64,000 nucleotides of DNA from Phoronis australis (Eukaryota; Animalia; Phoronida). This document shows positions 11,801-23,800 of this stretch, piece after piece. Location: NCBI GenBank assembly GCA_002633005.1, contig NMRA01000042.1, forward strand, positions 92,900-156,899, in the 5' to 3' direction. Position 1 is the first letter of the stretch. Every line of letters begins with the position of its first letter. The notes beneath the pieces are model-generated. The model was not told the DNA's origin, ran no database searches, and saw nothing but the letters and a program-made list of their open reading frames with translations. The position numbers and the translations under genes are program-made.

Positions 11801-14800
11801 TTTGCCACCTGCTGCGAACTCGAAAACTAACTAGACGATGCAATATGAAAATTCGGGCATCAAGGCTTATATTGGTCTCGAAATCCTAAATGGTGATTTA
11901 TATACCAGAATATGAATACAGTGGGGATCTCATTTACAGGAGAATGAGATAGTGGTATCGCTGGGATGTAAAAGTTGTTTCAAATGTGCAGTATGCCGCA
12001 TTGTATTGTCCATACAGTGATTCGCGAATCGTAAGCAGGCGATCTTCAATTTGATATCATACGCGGCTATTACCTTTGGAAACATTCGAAAAATATCACT
12101 GAAATTTGTTCCTCAACAGTTTATAATAGCCATTTAGACCAATCCATTGCAGGCTTACTTCCGGTCTAAGCGTAGACGGGTTTTGGCCCGTCTTAGCTAC
12201 ACTTTCACGAAAGCTCATGAAATGGGGCTAGACAGACTGGTATTAAGTTAGCTTGATTTAGGTTCAAGTTAAGACCAGGAGAGTTTCATGAAATTGAAAA
12301 GGTCTCTGATTCAAAATCTGAGTGTATGGTGGTAAAATTTGACTTCAGCGTGATTGGGTGGCAACGTACTTCGAATACCTTTCGCATAAACGACTTCCAA
12401 CTCTTACGCATTTATCCAATTCAATCTTGGATACAACACCACAACTGTACGTCTTTATACGCCAGCATAGCCGTGTCACGTGTCTAGGTAATTCTTCAAA
12501 AGGTTAGATGAAAATCCTCCTCGAAATTAGAGCAGTTGTTTATGAATCTACGAGAAAGTTAACCCTTGAATTCTCCGTAAACATCTTATAATCAAGATCG
12601 TGTCATGTTTTACCTTTTGGTGTTTCTGTTGGAGAGGGGGCGAACTAGGACGCTCCGCGTGCAGTTGATTATAAATCACATATGGTGATAGAAGTCCATT
12701 TAACATGCGTTCATCTTCTTTCGCTTTCGAGAAAACCTGCATTAACGTTTCTGCTTGAAGACCTTCGTCTAGCATCAAGGCAATGTTAACTTTGGTGAAG
12801 AGGTTGCTGAAATCAAAAACTCGTTTATCTAATCATGACTCGCAGAAGTATCAGTTAACAGCCTAGACGAGACAGATATTCATATACACACTTGTACACG
12901 TTCATGTAAAGTCCGAGTACACAATCACTTAAAATTTCGTTCCAAAAACCACTCCCTCGGTGATTCCTAGCTTATTTCTTAGTCCAAACAGATGCACATA
13001 CCTTCCATTATGTATGGCAATTTTGATGTGGCTTGCACTTATGTTTGCCCCACGAAGGTAATTGCTGACAAGAACTTGAACTGCGTGGACAACGTGTTTC
13101 TTGAGGATTTTTGTTTTAGAAATGTTGCCTTTCAAAAGCAGGGAATAGGTGGGACCTGGAAATGAAATGAGGAATTATACAATAACCGGATACACCTTTT
13201 GGGATTGATCACAGGAAGTGCCCAAGAAACTGCTACACCCCAGGGTCTAATCTGTTTACACGAAATTGAACTCAAATTGCATCTAACATTTCCCGTTACA
13301 CTTCAGAACGCACTCAAGACAAGTTTCTATTATTAGGTGCTCGACTCTATTCTAGTTTACGTTATTCACTGTGAACTCCTCTGTAGCACTTGATGACCCA
13401 ACATTAAATTTATACGTTCAAGTTTGAACTCGAAATCTCGAGTTTGTAGCACGAGTCTTGGGTCGTCAAATGCAAATTTGAGCTAAAATCTCGTTTGCAT
13501 AATCCACAATACACTCGAGTTTCATTTTAAATGAAATAATTAGACCCCGAGCCCAGACTGATGAGAGTTAACGAATATCATGGGCTGTTTCTAACGTACA
13601 TGTACCTATATACTCGCCTACTGTACAGTTGGGACGCTATGTGTCACTACGGTGAGACCGTCTCGTATACTAGTCTACTCAAGTGCAACTGCCAAAAATC
13701 ATGAAGTTGAAATCGTCGACCTTTTGGGAGTTCGCTCAAAACTATTTCGGCTCAGACAACGTACGAGTAAGGGCCAAAGAAGAAGAAGGGAAAACCAGTT
13801 ATCAAAGGCTGAGGTGTATGTTGGTCATATCTGATATTACTACCGGCAATAATTAAATGCTGTTTTTCTCTAAATAACACGTGAGGTTACATTTGAAGAC
13901 TGAGATGATTCCACGGTAAGTGGTGGCTTGCGAAGTAAATGACATGTAGGCCTATATATACACTATATATAATCACTTGTTAGGGACATTTGCGTTGTCT
14001 TTGAGCAAACTAACATGTAGTACATGAATTTTACATTCAGCGCGAAAAGGACAAGATGGCTTCAGAAAAAGAAACTTTTAGCTAGTATCCCGTATCCCGG
14101 CCTGTCTGCCGTTTTCCTTTCAACATGGAAACTGTCCTGATCCAGACTACACCATTAACCACTAGAACCATGTTGGCTGAAAAGTTTCCAGTGAGTGCAA
14201 CATTTGAAATGTCAAAAGGATGCTAATCAATGTCTTAACCTTTTAATAGAAATTGTCTCTCACTGGATCACATGAATCTCTGTGACAAGATAATGCTTTG
14301 TAACCTTCGTCAATCCCAAAAGTTAGGAAATTTTCTTGCAAAACTAGTGAATTGGCGAGATTGACTGACGCTCCCCAAGTTAATGCAGTGACGACTGGGT
14401 TCGGGAGAAAAGTTCGCTTAGATAACAGGCTCAACTAAATGACACGATGTGAACCATACTGCAATTGTTGTCTCTCTGAAAAAGTACTAATGTGCAATAG
14501 CAAGTAATCAGTTTCGGATGTAATCTTCAAAACAGGATTTAGTATCCTTTTTAAATGACTGGGAAAAGAGTATGAATATACGGTAATCAGATTTTAAATT
14601 GGGTTGCATGCATGAGACACATGTAGCTGCATTGGGTGCAGCCAGAATGAATTGAGGATCCTGAATTTTGACAAGATTTCAACTTGCATATTACATGTAC
14701 ATGTATGTATGTTAATCGTCTTCACTAACGTTGAATGAAGTTTGGGATGACCACGGGATTGAGCCCTTCGTGTCACTACCTTGCTTCAGTTATACAATGT

Positions 14801-17800
14801 ATTTTTGTCATCAGGCCATCTCTTCCCTCGCAGGCAGTATATGCTTTCTCACTAATAGGAAAATTCTCTACAAAAATGATCAGACTCCAAACACCCTTTT
14901 TGCGGATAAACTTCACTCACTTCCACTCTCTAACGAAAGGACTGAATTGCTCGTATCCGGAACGCTGAATAAAAATTGTGTGAAATTTATGTTTCACGAG
15001 CACTTGTTCGCAATACGTTTAATGTAAAAGATTGAGCATTGCGAGTGGATCTGGGGTATCGTAAAGAGCAAACACAGTTTTTGAAGGAGGCGTAACCGCT
15101 TCATACATATAAATGGCATGCTGACGTCGTAATTAAATATGTCCGTAGGGAGCGGCTCGCCTCTAAGCCTCCAACTGCGCACGCCGTGATACATGTACAC
15201 TAAGCTTACTTGTAAGAAAATGTTGATGAGAAAACCCTTGCACTCCGTGGATAGAGAAAGTTGATTTACTCTAAACAAAAACGTGAAATAATGTTCGTGC
15301 CATCTTACCATAATTACAGGAACAAATGTAACCATCCTCTTTGGAGTTTTTTTCACAACCTTTGTTGCATGGACACTGTGCACAAACAGGACTCAGCGCC
15401 GCGTTGCACAGTTCACCGGACCATCCCACGTGACATATACACCTGAAACTGTCTACCCTGTCCACGCAATCTCCTTGGCCACATTCTGCCACTAAACAGT
15501 CGTCGATGTCTGTATCACAGCGTTCCCCAGTCCAACCACTCGGACAAATACAAACAGCGCTACCATTTGCGACTTTGCACGTTCCATGGGAACACATTTT
15601 ATGGCGGCACAAATCCTCATCCACCTTGTCGCATAGATGGCCAATCCAGCCACTGTCACAAATGCAATGAAAGTGACCGAGCGCGTCAAAGCAAGAGCCA
15701 TGCACACAGGGGTTGCTTTGGCATTCGTCAATTGGCAAGGTACAGTTTTTACCTGTCCAGCCGTGGAGGCAAGTGCAATTGTAGTCATCGACACCATCTT
15801 GACAGTTACCATGTTGACATGGTGATTGAACACAGTCATCTATATTAATATCACACGAATCCCCAGTCCATCCGGAAGGACATGTACACGTAAATGACGC
15901 ATTATTGTTGACGCAGACACCCCTGACACACGGTTCCGAAATGCATTCATCGATGTCTTCGTCGCAATTTGTTCCCATCCATCCGGTATAACAGTTGCAC
16001 TTGTAGTCGCCAACGACATCTTGACAGCGGCCATGAATGCATGGTGAACTTTGACACTCGTTAATTTCGACATCGCAATAGTCGCCCGTCCAACCAATCG
16101 AACAAGAGCACGTGAAGAAGGGAGATTCGTTGACACACACACCACGCAAACATGGAGAAGACACGCATTCGTCTAGATCTTCATTGCAAAATCTCCCAGT
16201 CCAACCGGGACTGCAAAGACAGGAATGGTTATTTAATTGGTCAAGGCAAGCTCCACGCACACATGGGGAACTTTCGCATTCATCTATCTCGGCATCACAG
16301 TTGTAATCGCTCCATCCCGGATAGCATAAGCACGTATAGGAGAAAATGCCGTCCACGCATTCTCCATTATTGCACGGTTGTGAGGCGCACTCGTCCAGGT
16401 TCTCCTCACATCTAGTTCCGTTCCAACCAGGATCACAAGTGCACAAATACGAATTAACCAAGTCGGTGCAATTGCCGTAAACACAAGGAGCACTTTCGCA
16501 CTCATTAATTTCACGGTCGCAATGCCTTCCTGCCCATCCAGGACGACAAGAACACATAAAGTCGTTGAAGCCGTCAAAACAAATGCCGTGTCCACATGAC
16601 GCGTTCACACAATCGTCTATGTTAACTTCACAAAATTGCCCCTTCCATCCTGGGTCGCAAGAACACGAAAAGTCGTTGACGCCGTCAACACAGGTACCGT
16701 TGAGACAATTTATATTAACACAGTCATCAATATCGTGCCCGCATGTCGGGCCCTCCCATCCAGCGAGACACGAGCAGGAATAGGAATTTAAGCCATCAAC
16801 ACACGTTCCGTGTTCGCACGGTGAGCTGGAACACTCGTTCACGTCAGTCGCACAGTGAATCCCCGTCCACCCAGGGTCACAGATGCAGGAGTATGAATCA
16901 ACCCCGTCAACACACTGCCCTTTTATACACGGAAAAGAAGCGCATTCGTCAATATTTTCGTCGCAGTCGCTTCCCGACCATCCGTTATCGCATATGCACG
17001 TATAAGAGTTCACTCCATCAACACACATGCCGTATTTACACGGTTGCCTTTTGCAATCGTTAACATTGACATTGCACCTTTGACCAGACCATCCGCTATA
17101 ACATAAACAGGAATACGAGTTATGACCGTCGACACACGTTCCGTAGTTGCACGTCACGTTGAGACAATCATCGACGCTCTCCGAACAAGCGTTTCCCTTC
17201 CAACCACTATCGCAGAGGCAAATGTATTGCTGATTGTCTCTCCATTGACACTCACCATGGTCACATAACATGGTTACACACTTGTCAGTTCTGGTGTCGC
17301 AAGACGAACCCGTCCATCCATCATTGCAATGGCAGGAATACGAGTCCACTCCATCAATGCAAAATCCATTGTGGCAAGGTAAATCGGCACAATCGTTTAT
17401 ATTAACGTCACACTTGCTACCGGTAAAGCCTGACAGACACGAACAACTGTAGGCGGCGACGTCGTCGATGCAGGTGCCGTAGTTACACGAAACATCACGA
17501 CAATCGTCGACGTTGGCTGAACACGTGACTCCTTCCCACCCGTATTCACAAAAACAAATGAAATCCTCGCCATTATCGATACATTTCCCATGTTCACATG
17601 GAGAACTTTTACAAGAGTCGATTTTAACATTACAGAAATCACCCATCCAACCGTGGTTACAAATACAGGCAAAAGACGCAACTTCATCGATACATACCCC
17701 GTGATTGCAAGGCGAACTCTCACATGCGTTTATATTGGTTTCGCAGCTGCTGCCGGTCCATCCAGGAAAACACGAGCACGTATGTTCATCCAGGCAAATG

Positions 17801-20800
17801 CCATAACGACAGAAGGTGGAGCAATAGCCTCTTTTTTCCGCACATGTCGAACCTTTCCAGCCTTCTCTGCACTTGCAGGAAAACTTGTTTTCTAAATCTA
17901 TACATTTGCCATGAACACAAGGGGAACTTTCGCATTCGTCAATGTTAACTTCACAGTTTCGACCTGACCATCCGCCATTGCACAAACAAGAATACGAAGA
18001 ATTTCCATCGCGGCAGATGCCGTGTTCACACAAGGATTTGGTGCAGTGATCTATGTTTGTCTCACAATGTTTCCCTGTCCACCCATCATAGCACAAACAA
18101 GAAAACGAAAAATTTCCATCACGGCAGATGCCGTGTTTACACGATGATTTTTTGCAGTCATCTATGTTTGTCTCACAGTGTTTCCCTGTCCACCCACCAT
18201 AGCACAAACAAGAAAACGAAGAATTTCCATCACGGCAAATGCCGTGTTTACACGATGATTTTTCGCAGTCATCTATGTTTGTCTTACAGTGTTCCCCTGT
18301 CCACCCATCATAGCACAAACAAGTATATGAAGAATTTCTATCACGGCAGATGCCGTGTTTACACGGTGATTTTTTGCAGTCGTCTATGTTTGTCTCACAG
18401 TGTTTCCCTGTCCACCCACCATAGCACAAACAAGAATAGGAAGAATTCCCATCGCGGCAGATGCCGTGTTCACACAAGGATTTGGTGCAGTGATCTATGT
18501 TTGTCTCACAATGTTTCCCTGTCCACCCATCATAGCACAAACAAGAATACGAAGAATTTCCATCACGGCAGATACCGTGTTCACACGAAGATTTGGTGCA
18601 GTCGTTTATGTTTGTCTTACATTGTTTCCCTGTCCACCCGTCATAGCACGAACAATAGTAATCGCCGACTTTATCAACGCATTTGCCATTTCGGCACGGC
18701 GCCTGGCGGCAATCGTCTATATTCTTTTCGCATGTCATTCCTTCCCAACCATGTTCACACTCGCATTTGAAGGTTACCAATTGATTTGTGCAGGTACCGT
18801 GTACACAGGGTGTCTGAGCACATTGATTGATTTTAGTTTGGCATATTCTGCCAGTGTATCCAGGAAAACAGTGGCAATGGTACGAGTTAGTTCCGTCTCT
18901 GCAGCTGCCATGGTAACATGGGCTACTTTGACACTCGTTGATGTTCACTCCACACAGATTCCCTGGAATTGTACACAAACTTATATAATGAGTGTCAGTG
19001 CAAATCCTGAAGAGACAGTCAGTAAAGTCCGCTTTTTCTACTGAAATTAGAGAGATGGTAGAACTTTTTGTATTGCAAGCAAAAGGTACGAGTGGCATAA
19101 CAGCTGTATGTTGCATTTTAGGAGAGGTATACTTGATTGACTTCGCCGCTTCCACTCAGGTCTACCGGCAAAGACATATCTGGTTAATTCTCAGTGGCGA
19201 CTTTTGACTCTTAACCAAATCAGATTTCTTAGGGTAATAAATGACTTGGAATAATTTCTAGAGGTGGACATGCGAGGTGCTCCGGAGACCCGAGATACTT
19301 AAAGCGGCATTAAACCCGGTTGTTAAAATGGTCTCGCCGTGTTCCTTTTTTAAAAGTCATCTCTGGGCTAGAGAAGAACTGCATTTCATCAGAAAGTAAG
19401 CCCGTAAAACGACAGGTCACGTCATAGCCTGAAATTTTATGAGTCCAGCAATTACACCATTTCAAACGAAGAACAATTAAGACCAATTACCTACTGTAAG
19501 TGGACTAAGTGTAACCATTGATCCTTCAGCAAACTCTGGTGTAAAGCTGCTTTAATACGACTGCACGTGCGGTCAGAAATATCTGCTAAGTAGAAGGCCG
19601 AAAACATGCAATAATTCACCATCCTATCCTCAACGATCAATCACTTTAATGGGCGCAATGAACGTTGCGAGGGTGCGTAACTTCTTGAGCATACTCGCTT
19701 AAGACTTGCGGGGTTTTGCGTGAACTCGCTTTCAAGCAAGGTTTTAGGTCCACGGAACGCAGATTCGTTTGAGTGGAAGTGTGGTTTTTGGTGGACCAGA
19801 CGGTGCTACCTGAAAATCCGGCTTCACATCTGCAACTGAACGTCCTGTGTCCATCTATGCATGTCCCGCCATTTAGGCAACTGTCTGGGCGACAGTCATT
19901 CTCACTGGTCTTGCAGTCCCTGCCAGTCCAACCTGAAACATTGATAGATAATGCAGTTATAGTTTTACAGATGTATCGGCCGTAACGCCCTAACCACTCC
20001 ACATCTCAATAACCATTTTCCGATTAGCGAGGTTAGTCGAGTCTCCCAAAATGGCCATAAGGTATTTCGCGGACAAATGTCATGCCAACTTATGTTCACG
20101 TGTCAGTTAAATGAACTCAGGTCAAAAGGCAGCGAGACTTATCATGATTTGATGTAAATTCGATGTATTTTTCATATTAATTTCGCCAAATTATGAGCGA
20201 AAGCAATTGCGCTTCGTCTTGGTCAATTTCGGCTTGTCGTGACGACAGATTTTGAAACTGGGTCCAGCGAAAGTGTGTTTTAAAGAGACCTGTGACGTAA
20301 TTAACAGCTTAAATTGCAATATGTAAAGTCTTTCTGAAACTGGATTCAGCTCATAAAGATTTTAAATTTCTGTTAATATCAAAGCATTTTCTTTCAGTTT
20401 GCAATTTCAAAAAAAAAAAAACAATCTGTCAACTGATCGCCACTTCATCGGTTTTACTTCCACAATTTTGTAATTCTTTCTGGGAGTGAATTACTCTGTG
20501 CTAGACGTTAGGAGATAGTACATTCGACAGGAATTGTTTAAAAGGTTTTTGGGAGCTTTTGCGTTCCATGACTCTTTAGGCCATACAACTCTGTTGCTAC
20601 AAACCAAATTTTGTCGTTAAATGAAAATTTCGCGATTTCGGGTAAACAATAGGAACTAAAATGACTTTTCAAATAACCAAATAGTGTATCGGTCAAAAAT
20701 TAATTTGAAGAACATTCTTTGGGAGTTTCTGGAATTGTAAAACGTCGATGACGTGTGAAATTTTACCATAGGTGACTTCGATAAGCGCACCAGATTCGGA

Positions 20801-23800
20801 TTCGGAAATGGAAGTGCGGAAACCCTAGTTTGTCGTGGCGGCGATTTAGTCCCGGGTGGTGACTTTTTCCACTGGCTATCTATCAATTCCAACCGAGTTA
20901 CATGGAGAAGCAAGAAAGAGCTTCAGTCTATTGATGTTGAGTTAGGCGAAAATGTGCTTTGGATTTTAGCATCGGTAGTCGTCAGTCCCCGTATTGGTCC
21001 GATGTTTGCCATTACCAGATTCTTCAGTTCGTTCGCAGCAGCCTGCCGCGGACAAAGCTGACTGAGAACCGACATTTCAAACAGTGTCTCTAAGATATAG
21101 TTGTAAACGAAGTGATGCGTATATGAACTAATGTTCCAATAGATACAGGTATCAGTTAATTAGTACAGTTACCTCCCCTGCACACGGGTAGTCCTGTGTA
21201 GACGTTACAGGCGTAGTGAACTGGATCAGGTATGCAGTTCACAGAACAGTAGCGCCCGTACCAGTTCTTGTCACAGGAGACGAATGCTTCAGCGGTGAGC
21301 CTGAAGAATAAAATTGGGCGAGTGTTTAGGAACAGGAAGCACGAGGCAGAGGGAGTGAGTGCCCCGTTCTTGAACTCACTGTGGATCCTACCACTACCAA
21401 GTCGTTGCCTGCAGTCCATGAATCCGTCAACTGCCGGGTGATTAGTTTTGTAATGTTCTCTGGTCGATTAATGACTACTTCTGTGGTTCCAAGAAATATT
21501 TGCAAAATAAGCCACGGGTCGCTGCCTTATATAATCAAATGTGAAACCAAAATCTTGTCGGCACGTACTGTAGCCTGTGGTATCGTCAGCTCTGAAATTT
21601 CTTAAATTCTCATTTCCTCGAACGTAATTTGTTACTCTACAGTGTACGTGTAATTGACTATTCAGGTGGTCCTTGATCTGTTTTTAGCAACACAAGAAAA
21701 TACAATTTAAACAATAAGCATAACGTCGAGACAAAACAACAAATAACGGCGAATAACGACGTCTTGGATATTCACCGGATACCTGCAGAAGGTATCTCGC
21801 AGCTATTAGTAACTTGAAAGAACACACGTGTTTGGGTGTTGGTTGTAGCTACTTGAAATACTGAACTGAAGATGGCCCGCTGTGACGTGGACGGAAGTCA
21901 GACAATGGCTTTAACTGTACGTTACGTTTGGAAAATTATGATATCAGTAAGGTGCTGATTTTAGCATATTGTAGAAACAACGTAAGTAGACTTTAAAAGC
22001 GTTGAGTATTCGTTTTGCTGTATGATGTCAATATCGATCCCTGACTTTTGTCTTTGAGACCTACAAAAGTGAAGAATTTGTGATTCCCCAGTGATGTTCC
22101 TGAAATTGAACCAGTTCGTCGATACGTTCCTCGTTTTCTTTCGAACATGCAGTCTTCGGTCTCCCAAGCCTCGGACCCTGTGTATTTTAGCAGTAAGCCT
22201 ATTTACTGTGGCACGACTCCACCCTTATGTGAGAACTCCCTTAAGAACCTTCTACCGCTTCATCCTTTCTCCTTGAAATATGTTTCAATAGTAAATTTAT
22301 CACTTTCACTCAAAGGCATCATTAAAAACTGATTTGAATACATATCTGACTATACAAAACAACAGACTTGAGACCCAGGCAGATAATTTTTTGAAAGACA
22401 GATGCAAGCACAACATGAACATGATGACAGTCTCAGTGATATTTCATTTTCACCCTGCCGTATTGAATTTCACAGTACGTCTGTAATTTTTATATTTCTC
22501 TGACATACTTTGTAGACATGTTGATGACACCCTTCAGATACATTGCTAAAAAATTGAACGAATTCGGTTGATCCGTTACTGAGTTTTGGCAAAAAGTGAC
22601 TCGCCTTTTACAGTATATAGCTGTAACGCTTGAAAACTTTTGTCGAGTTTTCCTTATTTTCGAATGAAAACAAAATATTTAGGCTATCTCAGATTTAGTA
22701 TATACTGTATATATAACGTTGTAAGGAAAATATCGAATGTCGATTTTTGTATCGAATGAGCGTGCAACGATTGTCTTGATTGGAGCACAGTGGTTACGAC
22801 AGTGTACATTGTAGTCACGTGCGTTAATCGTCTCTCCACTGCAAGGGTTTCTGCAAAAGGAAGTTGCGGAGAGTTGGAGTCAGCAGTGCAAACAAACCAG
22901 TAAGTGTTAGGAATAAATGTGGACAGGCTTAATTGAAGGCCAGAGCAGCAACGCTCGTCGCTCGACTGAGAGACAAATCTGCGACGGATTGTCTACACTT
23001 GGCGACGCGTTGTCCCTCGACGCCCCGTTCGCGCAAATTGCTGAGTGTGGAGAGGTCTAAACATCAGGCGTGCGTTCAGTAACGCTAGGACCTACGCTAT
23101 GACCTAGCTAAAAGTTATCCAAAGTCACGTGTTCTTATTTGAAATACACGGCAATACACGTAATTTCGTCTTGCTTTTTAGCGAGGTCCTAGCGTTACTG
23201 AACGCGAGCCAGTACTCGTTCCTAAGAGTGGGTTCAAAATCTTCTGATCCGCTTTGCATGAAAGAATTAATCAATTATGGTTTGAGACTTCGTAAACTAT
23301 CAGGATTCCGTTTCACACGCATGAACATTTACACTGACGAGTGCAACCGCAATATGACCATCCGGGATTACACAGCGACACTCGAATTCCGTTGTATTTA
23401 CTCAAAACCCTGTAGTATTCGTAAACCATTTGTCTAGCCTCGTAATCTCTACAAGTCTTTTTAACGGTTGCTTTACTCTATTCATTCCAATATCAACGAA
23501 TAATATTACTGGGGTGCAACTCCGACGGAAGCAAGTCAGATCATAATGCGGATGCCTGATATGAGTTCTTCACCTTCCCGACATCAATCAAAAACAAAGA
23601 ATGCGAAGTCATTGGATAAAACCATGTCGTCTAGTTAATTTGGAACCGAACAGAATCCCCTTCTGGAAGATACATTGTACCGTTTCAATACCGGTACTTT
23701 TAAAGGGTAGAAATCGAGGCCATAACTTGAGGGTTTCGACATGACCCATGAAATTGTCCCTGACATTCAAAAGTTGGGCACGCGCTTTCTTACCAGTCCG

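Noticed and set aside
18057-19044. Plus-strand ORFs of 237 and 214 aa
   Set aside because: Antisense shadows of the repetitive EGF exon.
18963-19155. N-terminal 64 aa of ORF 15271..19155 as the protein start
   Set aside because: No signal peptide; an acceptor at 18963 and in-phase upstream EGF and DSL exons indicate intron read-through.
15271-19155. Calling the EGF gene Notch, Crumbs or fibropellin
   Set aside because: No LNR/ankyrin, laminin-G, CUB or avidin domains were found; a DSL domain and a short tail are present.
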